Assembly: GCF_035084215.1 (NCBI RefSeq)
Contig: NC_090349.1
Coordinates: 27,962,001 to 28,026,000, forward strand
Reading direction: 5' to 3'
From: Heptranchias perlo
Lineage: Eukaryota
DNA: 64,000 nucleotides
Both the position numbers and the translations under genes were made by a program. Below are positions 1-13,268 of this stretch, piece after piece (within the stretch, counting starts at the first letter, position 1; each line of letters starts with the position of its first letter). The notes below the pieces were generated by a model. That model saw only the letters and a list, made by a program, of their open reading frames with translations, had not been told where the DNA came from and searched no databases.

Positions 1-189
1 CACTGGACCTGGAGACACCACAGCAAGGGAGGAGTTGCCCTGAACAGTTTCTAAAAAAATGGATTTAAAATGAGCCTTATGGTAAAAACATTACTCTCAG
101 GAGGGATTTAGCATCTTTCTGTAGTGTCCCAGCTCTGCTGTACCTACACTCAGAGTCTGATCAGTGCGGGTATATCCTGATTTATTTTA

Positions 190-560
190 AAGGGAGCCAG
201 TTCCGAAGCTCACTGACAGCGGTTTGCAGTTCGGTGCATCTCCTCGCTTCTGTTGGCCATTGATTTTGGGGGGAAGGAGGAGGCGGAAGCGCCGGGTTTG
301 GTGCAGCAGCTGCCGGAGGAGGATCGGACCCGACCCGACCCGACCCGCCGGGGAAGATGAGCAGCCTGGGACCTCCGGAAGGCAAGCAGGAGAAGGTCGA
401 CATCTACCGGGACACTTGGGTCCGGTTTCTGGGTAAGAGACGGCGAGGAGGTGGTTAGCGTTTCGGGGAAGGAGAGTCACCGGCCTGGGTTAGTCAGAGA
501 GGGAGATCCGGCTCATCTCACTCCGAGACCCCCGGAGCCTGGACCTGCATCTAATCCCCA
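190..560 (+). promoter_or_regulatory. CpG-rich promoter / first-exon region of MTFP1, with an ETS/GABPA-type CGGAAG at 284-289
   Basis: High GC and CpG density around exon 1 against a CpG-poor background; CGGAAG motif upstream of the ATG; short (CCCGA)n run at about 327-346. Confidence 0.55.
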
Positions 561-3500
561 ATCTTAACGGATCAAATCACCGCTTTTTGAAATTAAAATA
601 TTAATTATTCGCCCTCCAAACGTTTAATAATATTCAGCGCCATAAATAACCTTGAGTAAAGTTGGTGAAACTCCACACCCACCGAGCCAGGGCGGCTGCT
701 ACTCACATTTCACACTAACAGACTTGGTGATTCAGAAAGGAAGGTCATTTTAATCACTGCTTCCTCAATATCATTTTCGGAGTTCCCTTCGTCCGTGTGA
801 CCCTGTTAAATGTGTAAGGATACCCCATCTGTGCTTCTCTCACCCTTTCCCCTTCCCCTCCAAGCTATGCAGAGTTGAAGGGCCTCCTCTCCCAGATCAT
901 ACTGTCCCAAGTTTCTGAGCAAAACAAACATGGTTAGAAAATGTGAGAATAGCCAGGAATTTACTGGCTAAGCACCCATCAGTGGCGGCTACCTTGCTCT
1001 TTATTGCAACTTCTCCACAGAGACCCAGTTCTATCATTCATACTTGGTATAAAAGGATGTGTGGAGGGACCCTGATTTCAGTGAATACCTGCAGCTAGGT
1101 TACCCCACCCATAAACTCCTCTCTCTCTTTCTACCCCCACCCGTTTGTATCTGTCTGCATAATCAAAACACTTTCACTTAGTGTTCACAGACAGAAGGAA
1201 ATCAGGAAGATTCCTTATTCAGCAAAGACTAGAGAGATTTGAGTTGTGGGACAAGATTTTTTTTAAAGCTGTCTAACACTCCCATCCCCTCCCTAAGAAA
1301 AAACAAACCCTAAGAGGGATTAGGTCCTGAAAGGGAAGATGAGCTGGATGACTTTTCTTGTTCATATATTTAAATTCAAAACAAAACAAAAAAAACACTT
1401 AGTGCATTCATACCACAGGTATAGTGTTGGTGTAAAGTGATTTCAGCTTTGCACTGCCGCTAAACTTGTGGGTTATAAATTAGGTGTGAAGGTCTGAAGT
1501 AAAGCAAAGTGAGACTGCCTATTCCAGGGAACCTTACTCCATTTTGCTCTGGTTTGCCCCTGACTCCCGATTCAAGCTATGTTTACACTATAACTGCAGC
1601 ACTGGTGCAAAGCTATACCACTTCACACCAACACTGCAGTTGTATTGTGCTAATCTTTAGATAAAATTTTAAAAATTGCATGCAATGCTGTATGCCCAGA
1701 CTTATTTCAATATATTTGTAGAGCCAAAGTGCGGTAGCAGCAAAACAAAAATCATAGAATGGAAAGATCACAGCTAGATCACAGTACATGGTTAGTTTTA
1801 ATTCACTTGTAAAAGGGAATCCTAATTAAGTTATTTGCCAGCAAGGCTATTAATCAAGCCCAAAGCTGCGGTGCTGCAGGAAAAATCTTGGGAATGGATT
1901 AGAAATTGGTCAACAGGTACTTGTTAGAGAATTATGTTAGGGTGAGGGAAGTACTAAGTGGGGTGCCCCATGAATCACTGTTGGGGCCACTAATCAATGC
2001 AAACTGGTTACATTTGCAAATGATACCAAACTAGGAGGGGCAGTGGAATTGGACGAGGCAGCACAAAGAAAATTAAAGGAGTTGGACAAAATATGTAAGT
2101 GGACAGAAAAATGGAAGATAAAATTTAATCCAAACCAATGTAAGATACTGCAGGTAGAAAGGAAAAATAGGCGGCACATGTACTCCGTGAATGACATTGA
2201 AATAGATAAGGATGAAGTTGAAAGAGACCTAGGAGTCTTAGTAGACTCAATTTTCAACATAGCCAGCCAATGGAGAGCAGCAGTGAACAAAGCCAATAGA
2301 ATGCCGAGCTGTATAGCCAGAACATTTGAATAGCCAGAGGAAGTTATGCTCAAACGGTATAACGCTCTAGTCAGATCACATTCTGAATACTGTATCCAGT
2401 TGTGGTCATTGAGATACAAGGGAGACATCCAGGTGCTGGATGCAGTGCAGGGTAATTCCTAACATCAGAGGTCTGAGCAGCGAGGAACGATTGAAGAAAG
2501 TTGGGCTCTTCAGCCTCGAAAGGAGATGTGTAAAAGACCATCTCATTAGAAGTATATACAATATAGTATATAACAGAATGGAAAAAGTAAATCTGGAAAA
2601 TCACTTTAAAGTATCTTGCCAGTAGTATAAGAAGACATGGGTTCACACTAGTAAAAGGCAAATTTAGGATTGATATCAGAAAGTTCTTCACAGAGAGTGA
2701 TCAAGACATGGAAAGGATTTCCAGAGAGGAGGTGAAACACTGGAATCATTTAAGAACTAATTGAATGCTGTAATGTGGGAACTTTAGGGTATTTCTGGAT
2801 GGATGAATTAAGGTCTGAATGGCCTCCCTCATTATAATTATCTTGTGAATACTCACTGCAATGTGTGAGTGCATGTCAAAAATGTAGTAAAATACCACAA
2901 AAATGCAAAAATACCCAGACATTAAAGTCATATTTAAGTGATTTCAGTGGCTGAAAGGCTCAGGTATGCTTGTCTGTAGAAGCTCATTATTGGTTAGTTA
3001 GTAAGTTGTGCACAAACCTCAAAGTATGTAATAAATACCACTCAGACAGGTAAATCCACAGCTTCAAGTGCTGGCAGGCAAGTGCATGCAAATGTAGTAC
3101 AGGGTAGTTTTTTCTCATTCGTTCGGCAATTTAAATTGTAGAAGTGACTTGAGCTGTTTCGGGTTTAGCTCCTTTCATATTGTAGAACACGTTTTCAAAG
3201 CAAATATTGGGGATAAAAATGGAGATAGCAGATAAGTTAACTAATGGCATTCACATTGCCTACTCTCCAGCCTTTGGCCCTCCATTCACCATGACATTTC
3301 TGCAGTTACCGATCTGTTTAATCACACCCTCACCTCCAGCTTTGATGCCCTTGTCCTCGTTAAAACCATTAATCTCTCTCACCCTGGTCATTGCCCCTGG
3401 AAAGGCCCTCATCTCCACTCCCTTAAGTCCAAGGGACGCAGACTTGAACACTTATGGCAGATAAGTGGTTTAGCCATTCATCGCCAGATCTGGCGGGATC

Positions 3501-6489
3501 ACATAAAGCACTATCGAGTCCTGCTCTCCTCTGCCAAAACTGCTCACTATTCCAGTTCATTCTGCAATGCAAAGATAACCCCCGGTTTCTCCATCACAAA
3601 CTGTCTTCTTCAACTCCTCTCCCCTGCTCCCTCCACCCTCAACCCTCACCTCCAACAAGTGCAAGGAGATCACGGACTTCTTTGTCACTAAGATTGAGAC
3701 CATCCATTCAGCTCCCTCTATCAGTTCCCTCCTTTCCGCTTGCCCATCAAGCCAAACTTCCCCTAAGGTTCTCCCCTGCCCTAGCCCTGAACCCGCATCT
3801 TTCTCTAGTTTCTTTCCTGTTTCCCCTCATGCCCTCTCAGAGCTCACCTTGTCCATGAGATCCACATCCTGCTCCCTCGACCCTATTCCCACCATACTGC
3901 TGACCACCCAACTTCCCTTCCTGGCCCCCATGTTAGCTGATATTGTAAATTGTTCCCTCTCCTCAGATACTGTCCCCCTCCCTTTCAAGTCTGCCATCAC
4001 CCCCTCCTCAAAAAAACCCACCCTTGACCCCTCTGTCCTTGCAAACTACCGCCCCATCTCCAACCTCCCTTTCCTCTCCATAGTCCTTGAACGTATTGTC
4101 GCCTCTAAAATCTTTGTCAATCTTTCCCGCAGCTCCATGTTTGAACCCCTCCAATCAAATTTCCATCCATGCCACAGTACTGAAACGGCCCTTATCAAAG
4201 TCACAAATGACACCCTATGTGACTGTGACCATGGTAAACTATCCCTCCTCATCCTTCTCGACCTGTCTGCAGCCGGTCCCACGGTTGACCACATCATCCT
4301 CCAACACCTTTCCTTTGTCATCCAGCTGGGTGGGTCTGCCCTCGCCTGGTTCCATTCTTATCTATCCAGTTGTAGCCAGAGAATCACCTGAAATGGCTTC
4401 GCTTCCTGCTCCCGCTCTGTTACTTCTGGAGTCCCCCAAGGATTGATCCTTGTCCCCCTCCTCTTTATCTACGTGCTGCCACTCGACGACATCATCCGAA
4501 AACACATCAGGTTCCACATGTACGCTGACAACAGTCAGCTCTACCTCACCACCACCTCTCCCGACCCCTCCACTGCTGCTGATTTGTCATGCTGCTGGTC
4601 CAATATCCAGTACCGGATGAGCAAAAATTCCTTTCGACCACCTACTTCCACCTCCGTAACGTCGCCCGTCTCCGCCCCTGCCTCAGCTTATCTGCTGCTG
4701 AAACCCTCATCCATGCCTTTGTTATCTCTAGACTTGACTATTCCAATGCTCTCCTGGTCGGCCTCCCATCTTCCACAGACCATAAACTTGAGCTCATCCA
4801 AGATTCTGCTGCCCGTATCCTAACTCGCATCAAGTCCTGTTCACCCATCACCCATGCTACATTGGCTCCTGGTCCAGCAACGCCTCAATTTTAAAATTCT
4901 CATCCTTGTTTTCAAATCCCTCCATGGCCTAGCCCCTCCCTATCTCTAACCTCCTCTTACAACCCTCCGAGCTCTCTGCGCTCCTCCAATTCTGGCCTCT
5001 TGCGCATCCCTGATTTTTATCACTCCACCATTGGCAGCTGTGCCTTCAGTGGCCTCGGCCCTATATTCTGGAATTCCCTCTCTACCCCTCTCTCCTCCTT
5101 TAAGAAGCTCCTTAAAACCTACCTCTTTGACCAAGCTTTTGGTCACCTGTCCTAATACATCCTTATGTGGCTTGATGTCAAATTTTGTTTGATAACGCTT
5201 CTGTGAAGTGCTTTGGGACGTTTTACTCTGTTAAAGGCACTATATAAATGCAAGATATTGTTATATACCTGAAACATTAATTTGTCTGTTTTCTCTACAG
5301 GTGCTGAAGGTTTCCAGCATTTTCTGTTTTTATTTCAGATTTCCAGTATCTGTAGTTTTTTGCTTTTTATTTATATTGGAAAAAATTCTAGTTTCTGATA
5401 AAAGATGTTTATCTTCCATCAAGAAACTTAACTATCTTGTGGCTAAAGTTCAGTATAAATTCAGCAGTATTAAAAAAAAAACTTAGTGTTTTATGTAAAT
5501 ATGTGCTTTCTCCTCCTAAGCAACAAAAAACTTAAATTATAGAGCTGATAATGTGCTCCTGTGATCCAGTAGAACTGCTGCGCAATGGGCACTGGCTGGT
5601 TGAATTATCTGGGAAGAGAGAAGTCTACTCTGCTCCTCTATCACACAGAGTGGTGCTGAGGGCTTGCGCACCGGTCTTGGCTAAGCCTCATTAAAGTCTC
5701 AAATTTCATGCAAAAATATTTTTTAAAATCATCTAGAACCATAATGCACACTTTTCCAATATTTGCTTAAGAAATGTGTTCTTCAAAATGAAAGGAACTA
5801 AAGCTGCAGCAGCCTGAGCCACTTTGCTCTTTCTACCCATTGCATCCACTACCATTGGAAGGTAATGAAGCTTATTTCAATACAGTGTTGGTAGAAATTG
5901 CTAATATATAAATACTACCAGTAACGTGCAAATTAAATTTAAAGGAACAGATAAGAAGCTCCACTGATCATTATGGGAGCCCAGTGAGTTGGAGCCTGCC
6001 CAAATCCAATGACAACACATGCAACATGACAGTGAACTTATCACATTAGTGCCTAAACCAGGATGACCAGGAGGCTGGTAGGAAGAGTTATACAGAGGGT
6101 GGCTGAGTTAAACACATGTAAACGTAAAGTGAGGGCTAACTGAGTTTATTTGAACAGGCAGGGCTCCTTATCACAAAAATTTCATTTTTTCTTTTTGGTG
6201 GATTAAGGATATGCTAATGAAGTTGGTGAAGCCTTCCGGGCACTAGTACCTCGGGGCCTGGTCTGGGCCAGTTACGGGATATCAACTGCATATGTGACAG
6301 CTGATGCAGTCGACAAAGGGAAGAAAGCGGCTGCTGTAAGTACTGGCTTTATGCAAATATGTTATCATACTGAACAATCCTGCTCTGCTTACTACACTCC
6401 CATCAGTGTTATGTTTTAAATTAGGATGGTCACAAGCACCTTTCTGCATTTTGTTAGACAACTACACAGGCACCTAAGATTGAGGCACA

Positions 6490-6526
<37 letters not shown>

Positions 6527-9500
6527 TGCCTACTGTTCCACACTCTGCAACCTGTCCCTGAACTTCATCCCATTTGTCAAGTATATTTTGCAAAAGTTCA
6601 CTTCAGACACAAGCTACAGAGTTGAGAAGAAAAATTGCACCCATCTGCCTCTCCATTGTTTGCTCTAATCACTTTATCGTTCCTCTGACTCAGAGGGTGG
6701 GACAGTCTAGGGAATGTGTCTCCATGGTTGCTGATCACTAACAAGAACAGATCTTCAGTGTAGTGAGACTCGTCATCACATTTCCTCCACTCCTTCCTAA
6801 TCCTCTCCCCCCAAATTCTCTTCCAGAAAACCATTCTGTTGCATTTGACCAGGACTATCCTAACTTGCTGTTTTTGGAACTATTTAGGAGCTATCCATGA
6901 ATTATCAGAGATTTTGACAATTTTTTTTTAATATACAAATACTCTTAACAGTAAATGTTTTGGAAGTGGTAAAGGATGGGTATGGTTTCTGCTTGTGGAG
7001 GTGACAGTTCTATTTGCCATCAGTACACCCAGTTTTAAATAATTCTGTTCCAGAAAAGCAAAGTTGTAACTTCAACAGCCAGTAGCTGGTTTGTAGGCAA
7101 TTCCTGTGCACACAGGACAACGCTGCTCAAAATTGACTGCACCCTTGGGAAAGTTCCCCACCCATCAACAGGGCTTGGTTATGGTCGAACTCTAATCCAG
7201 GAGTAATGGGCTGAGCATTATAAATTAACTATGAATAATAACGAGCTATGAAACATACTGCATTTATTCTGTAGCAAAATACCCCCATAACTATGTTTCC
7301 CTACTATAGGCTGCGTTTAGTTTTTGACAGCATGTGGGAAAAATACTTGAAACTGCAGAGGAAAGATTTGAATAAAAAATGTTTAGCATATAGGAGCTGT
7401 CACTTTGGATCTGTCCTTCCCAAAAAAGGTTTAATTCTGATGGGATTATGATTACTGAGATTTCCACAATTGCTACAATCTGTGCAGTTGCTATGTAGCA
7501 CCCAGCAAGGAGGAGTCAAATGTAACAATAGACATCACCACAATTTTTAGTATAATATATATAATGCCCAGAGGCTGGCCTGGTGATACAACTTGATTGT
7601 GCATTAAGCCACAGAGTTCTATCTCTGATTCCTTGTATCAGCTGGGCTACCTTAGAGGGAAAAGGTGATTTAAAGTCTGGGTCAGGGTTAACCCATGGGA
7701 AGTACATAGAGGAATTGAGAGGCCTGGGAACAGGTTGTCCAAATGACCTTAGAGCAAGGAAATTGGGCTCTAGGGTAGCAGAATTGGGGTAGGTTATCTA
7801 GGAGAGAGCCAGCATAAGAGGAGAAAAGATACCGATGGGGAAGCAGTAGCCAGACACTAACTCGGCAGGAGAAAGCAACAATAAAAACCACCAACAGTAA
7901 TGGAGACCCAAAGCTCATCAATTGTAAACCTCCTCAGTGCACCAAAATGTCGTGCAGCATTGAGTCTCAGCCTTCCCAGCCATCTAAGAGAACTCTTTGA
8001 GCTTAGTTTATTGTCAAGTGTAGGTCTGCCCCAAGCAAGGCATTATTTATACTGCTTTTTAAAACTTGCAAGCTACCAAGAATGCCAATTTAATATTGTT
8101 TTTAAAAAAAGTGCTTCAAATGCCTAACAATCCTCACTTTACCCCCACTTAGGCTCATGGAGACAACCCTGGAAAAACCATGAAGGTGGGTGTAGCGGTG
8201 GTGGATACTTTTATCTGGCAGGCATTGGCCTCAGTTGCAATTCCAGGATTCACCATCAATCGATTATGTGCAGCTTCTCTTTTCCTACTGGGGAAAACTA
8301 CGAGGTGGCCACTGCCGATGAGAAAGTGGACAACCACCGCTATCGGGCTGTCCGCCATTCCTGTCATTATAACTCCCATTGACAGGTAAGACCTTGCCTT
8401 GGTGGGACAATTAAGTGTTTCAGACTTTGTAATTGGTTTAAAAAGCCTAGGTGGTGGATGTATCAATAACCCACTTTGGGGGCGGGGTTACCTTGTCATG
8501 CAAATTTTTCAAACTATCAATGAAAGCAATTGGAGAAAAAAAGGGAAAGAATTGTGTCGCGACCAACGTGATACCTGCTTGACATAAACTGACGTGGGAG
8601 AAATACTGTGGTCAGTGTATATCATAACATCATAAAGCTGCCACTCTTGCCAGGGAGCTGAGCTCCATAGCATTAGCCAAGCGCTCATGCTTTGTCATTT
8701 AGTTCAGTACAATCTGTAGCAAGGCACAGGCAGCAGTATAACTCGAGCCTACTAGCTGCACATTGCATTATATAGATACTGGTCTGAGAATTATATCTGT
8801 ACTATAATGGTAGTTGACATTGCAGGTATACCATGGCGATAACAGATTATTCTCTATTTTAGATCCAGTACCATTTAAGTCCTATAGACTCAGTTTACAG
8901 ATTGAACTTCAATCACTTGTACTAACGTGCAGTATATAGTAAACAAAACAGTTTACAGAAATAGAAGCCATCACTGATTAGATCATGGCTTTGTGTCACA
9001 AATCATTTAACCATTTTTAAAGACCGTTCTACTCCTTTGTATACAGGAGATAAATTTTAATCTTACCCGACCAGTGGAAATCAGGCAGGTGGGCGGCTAA
9101 TACTAAGAACTCCCATCCTCACCGCCTACGATCTTAACCTGCAGGCAGCTGAGGTGCTTCATAAATTTATTAAAATCGGAATCCTATTATGTCAATAGGA
9201 GTCTGATTGCATTTTAACCCGGATCTCAGTGGGGGAGCTGTTACTTCTTTGCTGCCAGGTGAAAGCAGGTCAGCAGCTGTCGGGAAGGAGGGAGAGGCCC
9301 AAAACGTAAGTCAGAAATGTTCCTTTTTGGGGCCAGGAGGAGCTATATGGTTCCAGCTATGTCATTCTAGCAACAGTTATAGATTAAGGAGACAAGTCTG
9401 GTAAGAAAACAACAGTCCAGGTGGTTATTTTATCTTGTTCTGTTTTCTGTAAGGCATTTTACAGTTCATTAACACATTCCTATTACTCTTTCCAGGTCTG

Positions 9501-9565
9501 TGGACTTCCTTTTGAATTCTACATTAAGAAAGTTGTATGGAGCAGAAGAAAAGCACAAACCATAA
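357..9565 (+). CDS. MTFP1: Mitochondrial fission process protein 1 (MTP18), 168 aa; exons 357-432, 6208-6335, 8153-8385, 9496-9565
   Basis: Spliced translation MSSLGPPEGKQEKVDIYRDTWVRFLG|YANEVGEAFRALVP...DAVDKGKKAAA|AHGDNPG...VVDTFIWQALASVAIPGFTINRLC...PIDR|SVDFLLNSTLRKLY...KP*. All introns GT-AG with consistent phases (76+128+233+70=507 nt). DIYRDTWVRFLGYANEVGEAF and WQALASVAIPGFTINR are MTP18 signature motifs. Confidence 0.96.
1399..1653. mobile_element. Degenerate palindromic MITE-like element in MTFP1 intron 1
   Basis: AGTGTTGGTGTAAAGTGATTTCAGCTTTGCACTG (~1423) is a near reverse complement of CTGGTGCAAAGCTATACCACTTCACACCAACACT (~1602); outer ends are also weakly inverted. Confidence 0.55.
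1880..2840 (+). mobile_element. CR1 LINE 3' fragment, degenerate RT
   Basis: Broken RT/C-terminal peptides FANDTKLGG, KFNPNQCKIL, ERDLGVLVDS, LFSLERR; CR1-type 3' end. Confidence 0.85.
3259..5262 (+). mobile_element. L2 LINE fragment with 3' tail
   Basis: Peptides [57 protein letters not shown]; tail ending GGCACTATATAAATGCAAG. Confidence 0.9.
5267..5372 (+). mobile_element. Truncated Penelope-related short repeat end
   Basis: TCCAGCATTTTCTGTTTTTATTTCAGATTTCCAGTATCTG resembles an abundant shark Penelope-derived repeat terminus (from memory); only the GAAAC half of a hammerhead core remains. Confidence 0.45.
6493..6525. repeat. (TG)16 microsatellite
   Basis: Read directly from the sequence. 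Confidence 0.97.
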
Positions 9566-9695
9566 CAAAAGGCAATTTGTAAAAGTGCCATCTAACCAGT
9601 TTAAGATTGGTATTACAGCTTTAAATTACATTGCAAGGCAATGAACTCTGTACTCCAACTCTGGAGACTAGTCTCCATTTTAAAACAATGGGTGT

Positions 9696-9885
9696 GGGGT
9701 GAAATTCCTCTCACTGAAAGGTGGTAGGTGCTTGTTTTTCCTTGTAGTTAGAAATCTGCCAGCAAAGTTTTGGAACATGTGGTTTTCCAACACATGATTT
9801 CGGAGTATCATTTTGTTAGCAGGTTGCTAATTACACAGAAAAAGAAAGAGGCATTCTCCTTGTTTTTAAAGAGGCTTTTCACCCC
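9696..9885. mobile_element. Palindromic MITE (probably Harbinger-derived) in the MTFP1 3' UTR
   Basis: Terminal inverted repeats GGGGTGAAATTCCTCT / AGAGGCTTTTCACCCC (14/16), plus a long internal imperfect inverted repeat. Confidence 0.7.
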
Positions 9886-9910
9886 AATACTCGTATAACA
9901 ATTGAAATGA

Positions 9911-9916
9911 AATAAA
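9911..9916 (+). terminator. Candidate MTFP1 polyadenylation signal AATAAA
   Basis: AATAAA about 345 nt after the stop codon, followed by T-rich sequence. Confidence 0.55.
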
Positions 9917-12543
9917 AAATTGTATAGATTTGGTCAATTATTTTCTTAACTTTTTAAACTTTACAACTTAAACATCTGACCAACAAACTTCTGTTTCATT
10001 GGCCACATGCCCATTTCAAATCAAGGATTTAAACCATCTCCACTTATTCTAATAATGCAGGATACTGTAGAGCATGACTGGCTGGGCTGGTCTAGGCATC
10101 TACATATGAACAGGCATGGGACAGCACTCCAAAGTGATCGTAACTTACGACTGGAGCAGTTACTCGGATCTGGCTTTTCCACTAGAAGCGGAGGGTAGAG
10201 CAATATAATAAAGCACATTTGAATTTAGCCAGTTCTATTTACAGTCATTTCCTTTCACCCTCAAGACAACAAATGGGATTTACTTCAGGAAATTTGCTGT
10301 TTGAAAGGAAGGGATAGAAAATATCTTCTCCCATTAATGAGTGAGGAAACTTTAAAACAATGTGATTTATAAATCATGCAGAAATAGTGAGGAAGCCACC
10401 TGACACAAGCTCTGTCCATCCCTGAAGTCACTCACTCCTGTAGCAGGTACAGGAAACTGGTCACCCTAGACTCTCACTTCACATAGGAGGACATATTCTC
10501 TTTACATTAACTAACCCATTTCTTGAAGGACTCAAGGACTTAGTGACTTCTAATATCTGATACTTTTGGCGTTTCACAAGCTTCCCTGAAAATTCAGGTG
10601 TCAAATGTACTCAGGATAGGTTACCACTTAGATTATTGAATTGCGCATCTGCTTCCTTTAATAGCATGAGGAAATGTACATCATAACATGATCTTTCATT
10701 GCATCGTAAAACTGGTTTGATATTGTAGGAGTTTAAATGCTTATAATCCAACTTCTTGTGCTATCTATGTGGGTATGCTCCAGTCTCAAGAGAAACACAA
10801 TTTAAGGAAACTGCTGCTCAGTCTCCTTGGCCTTCTCGCTACAAAGGCCTTCTACTTTAAATCCCATGAAACACAATATTTCCGTTGCCTGGAGATAAGA
10901 AAATTGGATAGGTATACTCTGCAATATCAACCTTTTCTCTGAGAGAAACCAGATATAGATCTGTGCAGTAGCACAAGTAAGGAAGCACAAAGCCTTTGCA
11001 TGCAAAATATGGTTAGTTGTTCAACACGTTTGCAGCCAAAGTTTGATCTTTTAGAGTTATTAGAAAGGAGAATGATCATATCTGTACTGTTTAATATGCT
11101 TTTTTTAAAATCAAGAAAATGTTACTTTTATACTAAGGGCATGCAGATAGGTATATCAACATAAATTCCTATTAAAATATATTAGGGTTTTCCCTGTTTT
11201 TATTATTCTATATGTAATTAATCTCATTTGCAAAACAGTAACCACTAGTAATCTATTGAGATATATTGTTGATATGGTATAACATTTTCATATTACACTA
11301 TTTATCTGATGCTGTGCCCATGTTCCTGGCTCTTACCAGCAAGGTTAATGCATCAAAGGAATAGGTTCTAAATTTATCTAACTAGAAGAGAACTTTCTCC
11401 CCTCAGTTTTCATGTTAAGCTTTTGGCCCATCTCCAAGACCATATGTTAGTCCCAAGGATAGAACAGAATTCTTTTGAAGCTCGACATAATGAAACCCTA
11501 CAGTGAGAAAATCTGCCTTGCTTATATTATTAGTCTCTCGGCAAGACTCCTGTTGTAGGTTCTAAATTGTCGCAAGGTGACCTAAAAAGCTTCAATTAAG
11601 ACACTGTACGAAACAACAACTTCCTCTTGTGTTTCAGGTAAACTTAGCCTCTGCCCTGAATTACTTCCCTGCTCTCTATTACACAGTTTCATTCACAAAA
11701 AAAAATTATCTGCTGCAGATCATGCCTCCTGTTTCCTTGAGTTAGAATGAAAGTGTTGTGTGTTAGTTTATCATCACAGTGAGAACAAATACTGCTTGTG
11801 AAAAAGGCATTGGATGAGACCTGGACTCGAAACAAAAAAGGTCTTGTATCAGTACTGATCCACTACTGTCCAGATGCATTGACTGTAAAGTAGAATTAAG
11901 TTTATTTCTACATAGCTAAGACTTTTAAAAGATAGATTGTATCTAAAATATACCACACCATGTGTTATTAAAATCTTGAACATTCAAAAGGTAGTGTCAT
12001 GGTGGTACAATGTGTTAAGAGTCCTTGGAATTGCAAGATACTCACTGCCTAGACTCACCATAAATAATACTCACTTGGGACAGAATACTCATGAACCTTA
12101 CGCCAGCAACAACTACCAGTTGATAATGAGATCGAACTTGACCACAAGTACCTATTGAGGCAAAGGCTATAACATCATTTCAAATACTTATCCAGTTCCA
12201 TTTTAAAAGAATTTAAACAATATGGTGAAAGAGCAGCAAAATGGGATTAAGTAGAGATATCTGTTTGGAGAACTACCACCGCACTAGCACGATGGGCCAA
12301 ATGGCCTCCCTGTTCTGTAATTTCTACGATGACTTATAGAGAAATGAAGGATGAGGGAAAAAAATTAGCAAGAATAAAAGGATGAAATAAGTAACCATTG
12401 CTTTGTGTTACAGTAGCATATTTGGTAACTGGCTATAGAATGACATTGGCAATCAAAATTCAACAGGCATCCAGCTATTCCTTTGGATGGAGATGATGCC
12501 TGGTACAGTGGGATTTGAGTGGAAGAATAACAAAGACAACATT

Positions 12544-12641
12544 TTCACATCGTTCACCTGACGAAGGGGGAAGCCTCCGAAAGCTTGTGAATTTAAAATA
12601 AAATTGCTGGACTATAACTTGGTGTTGTAAAATTGTTTACA
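12544..12641 (+). mobile_element. 98-bp Penelope-like element terminal fragment with 12-bp TSD
   Basis: Flanked by the direct repeat AAAGACAACATT (12532-12543 and 12642-12653); contains a hammerhead core and AATAAA. Confidence 0.75.
12553..12591 (+). ncRNA. Minimal type I hammerhead ribozyme motif (dimer-type)
   Basis: TTCAC-CTGACGA-A-GGGGG-AAG-CCTCC-GAAA-GC-TT-GTGAA: stem I TTCAC/GTGAA, CUGANGA and GAAA core boxes, stem II GGGGG/CCTCC with one G-U pair, palindromic AGCT in place of stem III. Confidence 0.75.
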
Positions 12642-13025
12642 AAAGACAACATTGTAAGGGAATGTTTACATTTAATAGAAAAATTAATTCATTCAATACA
12701 GATGAAGGGACCGGATGTATGATTGCTAAATTTGCAGATGGCACAAAGGTAGGCAGGAAAGTAAGTTGTGATGAGGTCATAAGGGCCCTGATATTACCAA
12801 GGAGGTGGGTTGGCAACGGGGGGGGTCGACTGGGCACGTGGGTAACCCGCTCAGTAAAATTGGTGGCTTCCCTACGCGATCGCGAGTAAATTGAAGCCAC
12901 TTACCTTGGCTTCCGGGTTTCCAGTTGGAAACCTGCACAGCATCGCAGGCTGTCAGCTGGAGGAGCCCTATTTAAAGGGACAGTCCCCCAATGCTGCTCC
13001 TGCAGCAAACAGCCAAAATTACAGC

Positions 13026-13268
13026 ATGGAGCAGCCCAGGGGAAAGGCTGCTCCCAGATTTAATGATGCCTCACTCCAGGTCTTACTGGATGGGGTGAGG
13101 AGGAGGAGGAGGGAGATCTTCTACCCGTCGGACGGGATGAAGTGGTCTGCCTCTGCCAGCAAGAAGGCCTGGCTCGAGGTGGCAGAGGAGGTCAGCAGCA
13201 CCAGCAACATATCCCGCACCTGGATACAGTGCAGAAAGCGCTTCAATGACCTAACTAGGTCAGCTAAA
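13026..13268 (+). pseudogene. Harbinger Myb/SANT-like (trihelix) DNA-binding protein, first exon
   Basis: MEQPRGKAAPRFNDASLQVLLDGV...KKAWLEVAEEVSS...RTWIQCRKRFNDL; donor GTGAGC at 13269; TATTTAAA at ~12969; no convincing downstream exon seen. Confidence 0.8.

Noticed and set aside
182-480. Short overlapping ORFs near the window start
   Set aside because: By-products of the GC-rich MTFP1 promoter and exon 1; the real frame starts at 357.
5267-5290. Second hammerhead ribozyme
   Set aside because: Only GAAAC is present; the CUGANGA box and stems are missing.
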